Positions 21,393 through 35,085 of a DNA stretch of 64,000 nt are shown one piece after another (position 1 is the first letter of the stretch; every line of letters begins with the position of its first letter). The notes below the pieces were generated by a model. It had not been told where the DNA came from and made no database searches. It saw nothing but the letters and a program-made list of their open reading frames with translations. The position numbers and the translations under genes were made by a program. Where the stretch lies: NCBI RefSeq assembly GCF_000143415.4, contig NW_003314342.1:457569-521568 (forward strand), in the 5' to 3' direction. Source of the stretch: Selaginella moellendorffii. Lineage: Eukaryota; Plantae; Lycopodiophyta.

Positions 21393-22058
21393 ATGGCGGA
21401 TACCATGAACAAGGAGGTGAGTGGCGGCGTTTGTTTCTCGTTTTAGGGCTGGTCGATCCTGTGTGTAGGCTGTTGTGGAGCTCCAGGCCAAGCTGGTGGA
21501 TGCCACAGCCAAGCTCAAGCAGGTACTTTCGATCGATCGCTTTGACCTAAGTTTTTTCTTGCGTTTCTTCTTGTGAAGGTCCAAATGCAAATGCGGACCA
21601 AAGAAACCGAGAAGAAGCGCGCTCTGTTGACACTAGACGAGATCAACTACCTAGACGATGATACACACACTTACAAATCAGTCGGTAAATTTTCGCATGT
21701 TGTTTTCTTCGTCCCTGAGTTTTTTTCTTTCTCCAGGCAAAGCGTGAGTTCATAGTTTTTCAGCATCTTTCTTTTCTTTTGTTTTGGGATGATTTTTTGT
21801 GCAACGCAGCTTTATTTTGGAGCCCAAATCGAAGCTTGTGGGCGAGCTACAAGAAAAGGCCCAGGAATGCGAGTCCGCCATGACCAATCTCTCTGTAAGA
21901 GTACTTCCTTTCTTTCTGGTTGTCCAATCGGGATTTGTGTATAGGCTTCCAAGGAGTATCTAGAACGGCAGCTCAAAGAAATCGAGGGTAATTTCAAGGA
22001 ACTGTTGCAGCAATCACCATCCCTCGCAAGACAAGTCATGGCAATGTCAGTGACATAA
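21393..22058 (+). CDS. PFD1: Prefoldin subunit 1
   Basis: Spliced product MADTMNKEAVVELQAKLVDATAKLKQVQMQMRTKETEKKRALLTLDEINYLDDDTHTYKSVGKAFILEPKSKLV...ASKEYLERQLKEIEGNFKELLQQSPSLARQVMAMSVT*; needs a 7-nt exon at 21737-21743. Confidence 0.9.
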
Positions 22059-22499
22059 AATGTGCATCGCTTTGAAAGTCAGATTAAGAGTTCACTTTAA
22101 TCTAAAGATTATTGTTATCTATCAATACGGAAACAAAGTATATTATATATGCAGAATGCAGATACAACGAAGATTTCTTACAGCACAATGTAGACCGTCT
22201 ACTATTTAATATCTGTCTAAGTATGAGTCCTTGTAATCCTAATTTATCATGTTCGTCACCATTCTTTGGTGGAAATGCTAAGTAATTTTTCATCGACTTG
22301 TTTTTGTTCTTGATTTCTTCACATGGAAGGTGGTGGTGAAATGGGCTTGAGTAGAAGCTAGCCTTGGTGTTTAGTGTTTAATGTAATTTTCTAGGTTGCA
22401 TGCCTACTCATGGATTGAGCATTTGGGATGGTGGCCATGGATGTGATGATACACCCAAACTTGGTGTTTCCTTCTTGTTTGTAGGGAGATGTAGCACTA

Positions 22500-24300
22500 C
22501 AGTTTGTAAATCCTAATGTCACCTCGAAGTGCACCATTCAGCTTGTCTTGGGTGCCATGCAAATGAGGTTGCCTCCATGGATGATGTGCTGAAGCTGCAG
22601 CAGCAGCATGGTGAGGACAGCAAATCAATTTGAAGGACAAGTCAAGACCACTGTTTTCTTGAGCTTGTCCATGGCATCAAAGCGATTCTGGGGGAAATCC
22701 AGGATATCCATCACAGCTCTCTCTGCTAACAGGCCTGTGAGAAGGATCGAGGTGTGGCATCCCTGTGCAAAAGAGAAAAGTTTGATCAAAGAAAAATAAG
22801 AAAAATTTGAATTTGTATTGATCAATTGTGAAGATCATGCACAAAGAGGCAGAACATCATGCTAGCTCCTGTGGATCCTAATAGGTCTAAGCCTGTCAAG
22901 TTAGGATTGTTTTAGAGCTTTTATGAAAGGACAACCCTTGATAATGCTCCGTTCGCTGATTCTACAACCACTATAGATGTTGATCCCACCTCAATTGTAC
23001 CAGTTCAAGATTCTAGTGGCTTGTGTTAGTTATGGGAGTTATGAACATGGGTGTGGACAAGGTTACAAGGGCGGTTGTAGCCCACAATGTTACAACTGTG
23101 ACATATTGCAGTGGAATATGGGAATCTGTTGTAACAATAGTGATGCTTAAATACTTCCTGTTAATCAATTAAAAAACTAATGGATGTGTTTAAAGTTTCA
23201 TCTTGTCCTCCTTTGACATGCACAAATATGTCCTATTATTTCTCAACCGCTCACTTATTTGTCTTCTCTAGAGTTATCTATGACACCAAAGTGATGGTTT
23301 TGGTGGATATTGCCTTTGCAATTGGTTTGTAGTTTGGAATTACAACAAGTCTCCTATTCTTATCCTTTGCAGTCATTTTTCCTAATTAAAGGTTTTTGGC
23401 ACATATGTCTTTGCAATATAACTTCCATCACATATGATGCCCAACCAAGTTGACAATATCATCTTGGGTGTCAGTTGGTTGTATGCTAGTTAAATTTTAT
23501 TATGATTATAAGCCTCAATATTCCAAGACATCCTTCCCTTTGTTTATGTTTGCCAGCTATTATTTAAAGATCTTCCTTATTCACCTCTTGAGCCTTCTCC
23601 TACAGATGATAGAGAAGCTTCTAATATTTTCTCAAAGCTCTTTGGTCTTATCAATCAGACTAAGTCTTCTATGCATAAGTGGTATAGTATCCCTACTTGA
23701 GATATGCATTTGGGACTTCATCGACAATCTCCTTAGGATAAGGAGTAAATGAATAACTATGTAACAAAGATGCTTGACTTAGGAGTCATTCACACAACAC
23801 ATAGTAAATAGACTACCATGCCACACCTTGTACCTAAATTAGATGGGATTAAGTTTTTTATTTGATTTCACAGTAACTAACTCTTATCCTTTGTTGTTGA
23901 TGATCACAATTTTGGACTTGGTATTGACAAATACTTATAGATCATATTGATGTGGTAAAAATAGTTTTTCAACTTCATATAAATTCATATCTGCAACATT
24001 GGAAACCTTTGAAGAGTTTGCATGAGCCTATCTAGATGATTTATTGATACACATTAATAGCATATGAGATATGTTAAATTGGTGCTTAAGAGGTGGAAGC
24101 TTAGAAGGATCTGCCAATTACAAAATGGTTTGGATAGTAGTAAGCCTTATGTGTTTTGGTGTATGCCAAAAAACTTTAAATTGGCTGAGGATATATTAGT
24201 GTATATTGGTGAATTGAGTATCGTTTGGTAGCACCAATGTGTTATACATTGCGCTTCTTCTATGATATGTTGAGATAATGTTCATGAAACCATAGCTTTA
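22500..24300 (+). mobile_element. Highly degenerate Ty3/gypsy gag-pol remnant
   Basis: Residual motifs: zinc-knuckle-like QCYNC (~23085), protease-like KVMVLVDI (~23290), RT MLDLGVI...VPKLDG (~23770-23850) and AYLDDLLI (~24025). Many stops; boundaries uncertain. Confidence 0.6.
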
Positions 24301-25899
24301 GAGTTTTCTTGTGGAATGATTTAGTTTGAGAGAATATTTAATTGGAATAACATAGTAAGCATGTATAAAAACCTACATGGGAGAAGACAGGGGATTTTCT
24401 CTTTGTGCATTTGCTCCCAAACTTTGTAGAGAAGAGTTGAGGCCTTGAGCCCTCAACAATTGCACAGTAGGATGCTCTTTTTCTAACCAAGAGCAAGTTC
24501 ATAACTTATTATATTGTAGAGATTTAGTGGTATGAAAGCTAGCCGGGGCACTCTCCTCCTCCATAGAGACACCTTGGGTTTGGATCATAGTTTAGTTTTA
24601 TTCTTTTTTCAGTTTCTCATTTATTTTTTCTTGCTTTTGTTTTGCAACTTGCACTATCAGTTTTTATAGTGTAATTTCTCACTTCATTTCTCTTGCCATT
24701 TCTTTTATATGATAGATCTCTTCTTGGCTTTCTTTTGAGGTGTGGTTCAACCTAAGATGTCCAAGAATTGCTACATACAAGAGTTTTTTTGTCACCTTTG
24801 TGTCCTAGAAAACCCATATCAAGATTCTTAAGATACTGTGTGCAATTTGTCATTATTTTCTATCTTTTATTTTTCTAGGATCTTAGTTTATATCAAAAGC
24901 TTATTAATACTCCAATGTCAAATGATTCCATCCAAAAATCCTATCCACCCTATATCAACTGACTAAAAAGGTGATCACTTGATTGTAGAGTCCTTTTGGA
25001 TCTTATTATCTAGAGTTGATGCTTAGGAATTGATCATTCATGATCATATATATGCCACGCTCTGGTAATCATGGTCTTTCTCTACCAAACTTTATTCTTA
25101 TATTAAATATTTCTTTAGAATATTTTTTGCCGCAGTCACACAAAAAGAATACCAACATTAAGATCCTATCCCTTACACGCAGGGCCTTTTCTTATTTTAT
25201 TATTCTGATTTAGTTGCTAATAATATGTTATGACTCAGCATTAAATAATATCTATCCTCATTTACACTATGCTATATCTCCTTTTAAGGTTCTTCACCAC
25301 CCAACCACCCCTGAACTACCTCAAAATCTTCATTATGTTATTGTTCCCATTGTAAAGAGTAGATTAAGTTCCTATAACCAATATACCTTTGGTCCCTTGG
25401 TCAAAATTGATACCCAACAACTCTTTGCTGCCCCCTCTCCCCGAAAAAAAATGTCTTTTGGATTCTTCTCAAGCTTCTCAAGCAATGGTCCACAATTATA
25501 TAATGTGAAATAGTATACCTTTCAATTACCTGACATAAAATATTAGATGAGTTTTCTCAGAAGTGGTCTACATTAGTAAACTCAAAAATGAATGAAATTA
25601 TGAATGAAAGCTTTCATTTCAATTGCATTCTTATTTGAAAAAAGGAAAAAGACAACTCTTGCAATCTTTCTTATCAAGGTAGTAATTCCAGGACTAAAAA
25701 ATGCAATAACTATTATATAACCAATCAAAAGATAAAAATAGATACATGAATATTATGGGTATTATTACAAAGAGAACATATGAAATGAAAAGCATATCTT
25801 TTTAGTAGTTATATAGAATAAAAAAATTTATGTTATCATTAAAGAATAAAAATAATCTAGCTTCCTCCAAAAGGTTTTTGCAACTCAATAATAATAAGG

Positions 25900-26214
25900 T
25901 GTAAGCTACTCAATTTGGACTTCCTGCTATTAAAATCTAAGGATGTTTAACCCCAAATATCCTAAAACTCTTAATTGATTGGAAAAGAGGGTGTATTTTT
26001 ATTCATGGGCCCTTTCCCTTTATATTTGAATCTCGAATTTCCTGAGAGGTCACCCATCTCAATATTATTCAAACACTCAACCCCAAATATCCCAAATATC
26101 AATTAATATCAATTAATCAATTAGATAAGGGGTACACTCTTATTCATGAGCCCTTTCTCTTTATATTTGAATTTCATGGATTGTCTTTTAACTCGTTCCC
26201 TTTGGTTGTTTACA
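25900..26214 (-). mobile_element. Cassandra-like solo LTR with internal tandem duplication
   Basis: TGTAAG...TTTACA ends flanked by TAAGG/TAAAG; two copies of the unit seen in the LTRs at 47884-48467; TTCCTGAGAGGTCACCCATC is the reverse complement of a degenerate 5S rRNA internal-promoter segment. Confidence 0.6.
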
Positions 26215-27329
26215 TAAAGCTTGTTTGGTATATATGAATATTTATTTTAGGATCATAGTGCAATGTCTTAATGAAGATGTAATAAATGTGTTTATAAAGA
26301 GCATATGCCTTCCCATGTTCTTTGCACTCTATAAAGTCTAAATATGTTTAAAAAAGAAAATCTTGAATGACAATTGTGTACTTTCCACCTTTTTTTTTAT
26401 AATATATTCTTTCACTAGCGCAATGATGTACTTTATGGAGAGAATCTCATATTCAAGTGTTTGAGTTGAACTTATTTTACTCTATTTTTGCTTAGAGACG
26501 GTACCAATAAATTTAACTACCTTACCTTTTTTTGTTGTCCAACCTGATACCTACTATATATTAAAATATACCCATGTATTAGCAAGATCACTTAATCCAA
26601 CCATTTTTATTAGACAGAGAAGATATATAGTAGAGATGGGGCCTATTACAAACATCTTGAAGACAAGGAGGTGCTTTTGCTTATAATGATTGGGTTTGGA
26701 AATAATTTTTTATGGATAAATTCATATAGACAATTCAAGGATAGAGTTGATTTTTATTGTAACTTCTCCTGTAGTCATAAGCTTATGAAAAAACAAGTGC
26801 ATGTTGGTAGAGAGGCAAGAAACTAAAAAGTATTGCAAACAATTTTAAATATCAGTGGAGTTGGATTCATGGCTAGCACTAAAGTGGCATCTCCATTAAA
26901 ATTGGAAGAGGAGGAAAAAATGATGACCAACTTTTGATTCACATTTGTTTTGGCAAAAGTGTAATTGCCGATAACATTTCACGTGATAACTTTTTTAACT
27001 CTTTGGAGATATTTTCTATCATCACAAGGAAACTTTCATTCTTTTAGGCATTGATAGAGTCTAGGATTCTTTTATAATGACCTCAAGTATTTATAACCTA
27101 TTTACCACCTATTTACCACCTTGAGCATTCTTAATATGATCCAACTCTTTAAGGCAACTCAACCAATTTCACTGGCATTCCATACCTTCTATAGAATGCC
27201 TTATGTTATGTTTCCATCATTGCCTCTTGCACTGCTTTATCTTTTGGTGGTGAAATCTTTCCACTTTCTATTTTATTTTTTGTTTCTTCACTTTTCCTTT
27301 CTATGGTGACCATGCTCTAGCTAGATTAC

Positions 27330-28257
27330 TGATTGTATAATGACTTTTCAACTTTTGTCAGTTTGTGCTCAAGAACTTTAGCTTCTTGATCTACATCACT
27401 TCAATCCCACCAATCTTTGAGCAAGAATATTGGCCAAACCAACCTTCTCAACATCAATCTCTAGGATTTAGATGATGGACTGATTCATGACATCACTAGA
27501 GTGCAAACATGCTTTAAACTTGCTCACATGGAATGTTGGATGAATATTTGAACTAACTAGCAAGGCCAAAGTTTATGCAAGATCATTCACATATTGTAAA
27601 ATTATCTAAGGCCCACAATATTGTAGAGGCAACTTAGCACTACCACCTCCTTTTATAGATTATTGTGCATCTGACAGCTTAAAGAAAACTTTGTCACCAA
27701 CTTTGTACTCTTGATGATAATGATGCTTATTAGTCAAGATTTTGTCTTAATCTTGAGCTTGCCTTATATTCAACTTTGCTAACTCAAATTTGTCTTGCAT
27801 ATCCTCTAGGAAATCACAAGTATGAGGTACTTGAACCAAAGCCAAACTTAAACTCACAGGAGACTTAAGCTCATAGCTATGCATCGCCATAAATAGAGAC
27901 ATACCAATAGCTGATTAATAAGTGCTATTGTGAGCAAATTAAAGCAAAGGCAAGTATTTTTCCCATATTCTCTATCAAGTCAAGTTTCTCACAAAAGACT
28001 TTAACACATCTTCTAATATATGATTCATGCACTTTATTTGCCCATTTAATTGTTGATGCTCACCACTACTCATGCTCAACTTAGTCTCTAGCTTCTGAAA
28101 GACTGTTTACTAAAACTTGGCGTGAATTTGGGATTTTGATCACTCACAATATCACCTGGCAAAATATAGAGATTGAATAACTAGTTTATAAATAATTCAG
28201 CAAGTTTAAAAGCTTTAATTGTTATCTTCATTAGGAAGAAGTGAGCCATCTTTGTCC
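27330..28257 (-). mobile_element. Degenerate Ty3/gypsy integrase fragment
   Basis: Minus strand reads MAHFFL, DIVSDQNPKFT, TKLSMSSGEHQQLNGQIKCMNHILED and IHPTFHVSKFK, with stops and frameshifts. Confidence 0.7.
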
Positions 28258-28449
28258 TAGAGGTCAATGAGATATAGTGGTTGGGCCTTTGAGCCTTAAC
28301 TTAGTAGCAATATTGGCAAATATGGCTATGGATGGAAAGGGACTTTGTGGGGATCGAGAAAGGGATATTGAGGAAGGTTACTCCCCATGTTTGCAGGCAT
28401 CCTAAAAATGCTAAAGAGGGGATTTAGGTTGATCACTCATGGATAGATG

Positions 28450-30161
28450 TGTGAGATACAAATCCTTAAGCCCCAAAGTGGAGCCGAAAGGGTGCCACGT
28501 GGTAGTGGCCGATGCAAATGCCAAACAAGCGTAACATGTTTGGACTAAAAACTCTGACTTGAAAGGTCGAGAGCAGGAGTGGAACTCCCAATGAAATGCT
28601 CAAGGAACAAGCACAAAGCGAGCAATAAGTGAGTCTGAGATGGACTCGAGATGGAGTCCGAGATGGACCCAAGATGGAGTCTGAGATGGAGTCTGAGATG
28701 GTGTCCAAAATGGAGTCCGAGATGGACCCGAGATGGAGTCCAAGATGGAGTCCGAGATGGAGTCCGAAATGGAGCCCGAGATGGACCCGAGATGGAGTCT
28801 GAGATGGACCGAGATGGTGTCTGAAATGGAGTCTGAGATGGACCCGAGATGGAGTCCGAGATGGACCGAGATGGAGTCCGAGATGGACCCAAGATGGAGT
28901 CCGAGATGGACCCGAGATGGAGTTCGAGATGGACCCGAGATAGAGTCCGAGATGGACCCGAGATAGAGTCCGAGATAGACTCAAGATGGAGTCTGAGATG
29001 GACCCGAGATGGAGTCCGAGAAGGACCTGAGATGGAGTCCAAAGTCGAGACCGAGACCGAGACTGAGACCGAGACCGAGATTGGGACCGAGACCGAGACT
29101 GAGGCCGAGACCGAGCTCAAGCCCGAGTCTAAGTCCGAGTCTGAGTCCGAGTTCGAGTCTGAGAGGGTGAAAGCCCAAAGTGTTCGTCTCCCAGACCCTA
29201 GGGGGTTTGGTGAGCTCCAAAAGTATAATAGGGGGAGGACTCCAGTGGAGCCAGTTTGTCCAGGAAAGGCTAGTTTGGCCCAGGAAGGCTGTACCCAAGT
29301 GTTGGGTGATGGGATAGCCACTGGGAGGTCCAAGACTAGAGTGAATATGGACTATCAAGTGGGGTAGCTTGGTGAAGTGTTCAAGAGCCGACTCTAGTTC
29401 CCCCTGAAGATCGAATGGTCAATGCTCCCAATCCAAGTGTGGGTGGCACTACCTACTTGGATACTTGATGTGGCTCAATGGAACCTCGCTCTAAGCCCAT
29501 GGCTAGAGCACGTAAAGGCGAAAGGTGGGGAGAGTACCCACAGGGCTCGCGTAGGGCCATGGTGTTCTGAAATGTTGTTTCAAAGTCCCAAATTGGGGAA
29601 AGGAGGAGGAGCAGTCCTCTAATGTAGTGACTAAGGATACGGTCACATGGTGAGGAAGTCTCAGAGGACAATAGGACTTAGTGGCCGGGCCTGCGGGCTT
29701 TGATCTAGTGGTAGTGTTGGCGAACATGGCCATGGACAGAAAAGGGACTTAGTAAGAATTGACAAAGGGATATTGGGGAAGGCTATTCCCCATGTCTGTG
29801 GGCATCCTAAGGATGTTAAGGAGTGGATCTAGGATGACCACTCGTGGATGGATGGCCCAGTCTTAGAGAGACGGGACTGTGATGCAAGTGGTATTGGACC
29901 ACCAGTGTGGCAAAGGTGAATGGGCATGGCATTAGCATAACGGGTCGATATGTCAGTGGTACCTTTGGGTGTCGGCTATGGGACTGGACACGTGGAGCAC
30001 TTGGACCAAGTGCAACAGTTGAGTGGCACAGATGCCATTCTTGGGGCTAGTAAGTTCCCAAGTCCAAAATAGGACTTATGGAGGTTGTGAATGAGATTCC
30101 TCCAAGTGGTCGAAGGTGTAGTTAAGTGACTAAAGTAGAATGGAAAATTTAGTCGCTTACA
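28450..30161 (+). mobile_element. Solo LTR of the LARD family, 5-bp TSD AGATG
   Basis: Starts TGTGAGATACA, ends TCGCTTACA; AGATG at 28445-28449 and 30162-30166; full-length match to the reverse complement of the LTR at 59728-61373. Confidence 0.85.
28630..29165 (+). repeat. LTR-internal minisatellite: GAGATGGAGTCC/GAGATGGACCC units followed by GAG(A/T)CC hexamers
   Basis: Directly visible tandem array. Related arrays at 37765-38020, 44115-44345, 47115-47405, 49350-49730, 51050-51300, 54880-55395 and 60760-61140. Confidence 0.95.
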
Positions 30162-31662
30162 AGATGACCCAATTTTTGAAAAATGGGAATATGATGTAGA
30201 TGGTGTTAAATGCCCATGGTGACAAAGGTAAATAGCCATAGCTTTAGTGTAACAGATTGATATACTAGTGATGCTTTTGAGTGTTGGTCATGGGATTGTC
30301 CATATGGAGCACTTGGACCAAGTGCAAAGGATGAATGGCATATATGCCATTTTCAAGACTAACAAGTCCCCAAGTCTAAAATAGGACATATAAAGGTTGT
30401 AAGTGAGACTCCTCCAAGAGGTTGAAGATGTGGCTAAGTGACTAAAATGGAAAATTTAATCACTTATAATTTAGTATTGGAGTTATTCCTTAGTCTGACT
30501 TTTATTGGTGGTCAAATATATCACCATTTGTTTTGGTATAAAAAAGTCTTAAGAGTGGGCCTATCTTCAAGGAGTAGCATGTCAAAAGGACATGACTCTC
30601 CACTTTAGTTCATAAGTGAACATATTGGCAATGTGATGGATAGAAAGGGGCAAATTTGAGAACAACTTTGGGATATTGGGAACAGTACATGGTTTTTCCT
30701 TAGAGAGTTGAGGATGTGATTGTACACCATAAATTTTTCCTTTCCAATTTGCTAGCTTACCTTGTCTATTCAACCACCACGACCTTGGCCTTTGCTAAGT
30801 TCCCTCGCCAAAGTTCCCGCCTATTGTACCAGCTCCTACTTAGTTCTACTTGGTTTTAGCAACTCACTGCACGAGCAATGGAGCGTTAACCATCCTGCCA
30901 CAGATTCCTAAATCTCTCCCAATCCCCCTCCTCGGGTTGGACTGGACTTAAGGTTCGGCTACATTCCCCGCAGGCATAAACAGCCAAACACACCAAGCCT
31001 CCAGGTTCCTAACATCTCTTAGTACAACAAGACTTAATTATGGGACCCTTTAAATCCCAAGCCTTGAGTGCAACACTTGCTTCGGGACACCGGGGGGAAA
31101 CACCGTGGCCTAATAGCCCGGTATGAGTACCTCTACTCCCCCACTCCCATCTTGAAGGGAAGGCCCAAGCCCCTAGGAAGGGCGAGGACCAATGAGTTGC
31201 AAGGTACTCAAGTGGGGCACCACTCCACATGAGTTGGGAGCACCGCAGTTGGTTTTCTTTCCGGGAGTGGGAGTTGCTCTTGAGCACTTCTTGGGATGGC
31301 CCTTTCAACACCACCCAAGTCCATGCTCACTCCCACCAAGGCCCCTCGGCCTCAGTCTCAACCTCAAGTCAGTTTGGAAGCACTATTGGAGAGCTGATTC
31401 TTAGACCTCACTATCCCTACTATACTTTAGGAATCCTTTGCAGCCCCCCCCCCCCCGGGAGACACACACTTCACTTTGGGCTTTCATGAGCCCAAGTAGG
31501 TTTTGAGCTTATGAGTTCACGACTTCTCAAACACAAGGAAAACATTGGTTCGTCCCGAACCAACATTTTTTCATTTTTCAAATTTTGATTTAATCTATAT
31601 TTCCAAGTAAATTTGATCAGTAAAATACAAATATAAATATAGATCTGAACACCAAAAGTGAT

Positions 31663-34600
31663 CTAGAAACACTTCTCAAGCTTTGCAATTGTAAGGCTTG
31701 TTTGATGGATGTGATGGTCGACCTTAGGATCTTGGTTTAATTCTTGCATAAAAATGTAATAGATGTGCTTGTAGGCTAAATATACCTTTCCCCTGTTCTC
31801 CCTCTGTGTAAAATCTGGACAAGTACAGGATGGATTTTCACAAATTCTGATAATGTAGCTCGTACCCTTTGACAACTCAGTCACAACAACAAACTCCTTA
31901 GCCACGGCACTAATGTAGTTTATCCTTGTGATTGTGCATTTCAACGCCTTTGCCAGCTTGGACTTCTCTTGTGCACCTTTTGAAATGGAAGACCTATATT
32001 GTACAACCTTCCCATTTCTAGCTGGTCATGTATGCCGGTCTAGTGTTGACATTGGTGGCATAGCAGTATCAATAGCAACATTTGAGGAAGTGTTCAGCTT
32101 GAAATTAGCTCTTTCCAGACTTTCAATCTCTTCTTTTAAAAAATTGTAGCTTCGCTCAATTGGCCACTCCTCTGGCACAGAATCTGGCTTCGAGATAATT
32201 GAGCTGTGGATCCGGTTTGTATGAGTAACATCAGTCCCACAATAGTAAATCCAACTTGACTGGCAGCCCTTTACCTCTAGATCTTGATAGCCCTAGAAAC
32301 ATGGTACTGCTAAAGAATTTGAACCTGAGTGCACAAATGCAAGATATTGACCTCGACTCCCAATCATTCTAGAGCAACGTGCATTACTCTTGGCACTGAC
32401 TCTTTGAATTGTCCAGTTGATACGAGAAACTAGCTCACGAGCAATAATCTTCTCAACCTCTAGCACTAGATTTACTTGTGTAACAATTGGCACCTCCTCC
32501 ACTCCATGTTCTTTAGTTCTTTTCCGGTGTCATGGAACAAAATGGTAGTTAAACTCTAGACGGTGAGAGCTAGAAGGAGTGATGTTAGGCTCATCAAACG
32601 TTTGGCGACGCTTCAAACAAGTTGTCCTTATATCCCCAAGTGGTTCATAACTTGATTCCATAAGAGTTCCAATAACAACTTCCCCCACCATCTTAGATAT
32701 TGACCCTGTTGCTAGTGTTGTCCTTCTACCAACCCGCTCTCAAAGCTTGTCTAAGTTTGGACTTGTACCAGCAAACCTTGCTTTCTGTGTAGCCAAAGCT
32801 TTTGATGACTGCTCAAGAGATCTAGTGAGGTTGGAGAGTGTAGCTTCATAAAGGGACACTTTTCCTTTCCCTGCTTTGGAAGCTCTCCAACTGTAATATT
32901 TTCTCTTAGAGAGATTAATTGTTGGTGTAAGTGTAATGTCATCAAGTGGTTGATCCTAGGGAAAATGCAACATTTGAATGTGACAAAAAAAGAAAATGAA
33001 AGAAAACTTACATGGAGAATATAATGGCCCCACTAAAACATTCGAACTTCCCACCATGCAAGCCAACACTCCATTTGTGGAAGGTGTTCAATTAGCACTT
33101 TTTCTTCTTCATGCCACCATATGCAAATCTCATTTGCTTTTGCCTCGTGCTCTTCTTTAGTTGGTGTATCCATTCATTCCTGACAAAGCTGCTTGAACTC
33201 GTGATGGAAGCTAGACTTGATGCATTGGCAATGTTCATTAATGCTCTTTGCCCAATGAAACTCACAACTCTTCTCTCTATATTGTAATGGCCGACTTTTA
33301 TCACCTCCGAATACTTGTCGTACAGCCAACCAGTTAGCACCAACAGCATCTGCCATGAAACCACGGAAGTTGGGTTTTTTCCCAGTTTGCTGTTCAACAA
33401 CCTCGGATATGCATATCCAAAAGACGGTTTGTGCTTGGAAATCTTGAATCTTGAATTTGGCTATATCAATAGTCAAATTGCACTGCAACCTATAGAAGGA
33501 ATGATTATAATATAAATCGGTATGGATCCTTAAAAAATGAATAACCACTTACTTGTGATCATAAACATGAGCTCCCATTGTTGACCAGCCTGAAACTCGT
33601 TCCATATGGTTGAAATGGATCCAAGAATTAGCCAAGTCCCCATCTCCATCTATATCCATTCGTTGTACAAGGTCCACATCAGAAGCAAGACTAAGGGTAG
33701 ACATTTTAAAGATGAAAGGGTGTTGATTGTTCAAAGTCACTTGGCCAACGAATAAACTCCCATGAATAAATTCATAGGGACATTTTCTCTTTAACTCCAA
33801 AATCATATCCAATTCAGATTGAAGCTTTCCATCTCACCCTTCTTGCATCTAGTTCTTTATTCTGCTAAAAAAAAGAGTGTTTCTAGTGATAAAGTAGAGT
33901 TAAATATTAACTTATACCTGTTTAAATTTGTCATGGGTTCTATATTTTGAAGCAGGTCCTTCAAGTTGTTCTCCATGAACTCTTTTTTGCCATCAGCTTG
34001 TAGCAATGTGTCCACCACATAGTCCTTTAGTACAGACTATTGAACACACTTTGGAGTTGCGACACTTTTCTTCCTAGCCTCTATAGTAACAACAGCCTTC
34101 AAATTGTGAAAAGAATCACGACGGATTCCTTCCTCTATTGCGTGTTGGTGGTATCCAACATGCATTGCTGCTTTGCCTAAACATCCATCCCATGGAAGAA
34201 AATAATACATTTTTGCATCGCAACATGCTTGACAAATAAGTGTTGCCCCACATTTGCAACATCTAAACCCTATAGCAACCTCATCATGCCTAGGGGGATT
34301 GATCACTGAGCCTTCAAAGAAACACATATTCTTGTCATGATCAGAAATGCATTTCTCAGCGACACATGGAAACTATTCACCACAATGGACTATGGATACA
34401 GATCCGTTGAAATGGGAGAAGTGGGTTATTTTTACTCTGCACCAATTATGTGGATCAAAACGTGTTTCCATGCCCTTCTTCCTACTTGAGAAACTGGCTA
34501 GTGGAAATTCAAAGAATATATTCCCATTATAGGAAGACAGAAGCTCCTCACCTCTCATGTACTGGAACTCCTTCAATTCCAACCGTAATGATCGAGATTG

Positions 34601-35010
34601 TTGAAATGCTTTATCCACCGCTTCAAAAACTGGTCCAGAAGGAACGCATCTACTTGTATGGGAAACTATGTCGGGAAGCTCATCTTCTTCACTTTTGTCA
34701 CTGGAGAGAATAACAACTTCATCCTTCACTCCTTGCACAGTTGGCTGTGAAACTAACGCACTCTCCTCTGCTCGCTTTGGAGATCCTGTAACTAGAATCT
34801 CCTGACCTATACATCTATCAAGATCCCATTGAATCCCATTCTCTCCCACACTACTATCGAGAAGAATGGATTTTTCTATCTGATTACCCTTATCCCGACA
34901 TACATTCTCCAAATTAATTAATCCAAGCACATACCTTGGTCCATGATATCGAGCACCTTCGATATGTTGGCATGCTTTCTCTCGATGAAATCTAGATGCT
35001 GTATAGTCAT
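31663..35010 (-). pseudogene. MULE-like transposase with Cys/His-rich N-terminal domain and C-terminal SWIM finger (spliced, disrupted)
   Basis: FRGFMADAVGANWLAVRQVFG...KSCEFHW (D...CxxH signature of Mutator DDE transposases); N-terminal RCCKCGATLICQACCDAKMYY...HVGYHQH; SWIM ENPSCTCPDF...AYKHIYYIF; in-frame stops. Confidence 0.75.
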
Positions 35011-35085
35011 GAAGTTATGGAAGCGGTTCAAACAAAGCTTATAGCACGTAAAGGTTAAGAGTTGCTTACTTGGTATCAAGTGCCT

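Noticed and set aside
28630-29165. Regular repeat array resembling a CRISPR locus
   Set aside because: Units are contiguous with no unique spacers, there are no cas genes, and the array lies inside eukaryotic LTRs.
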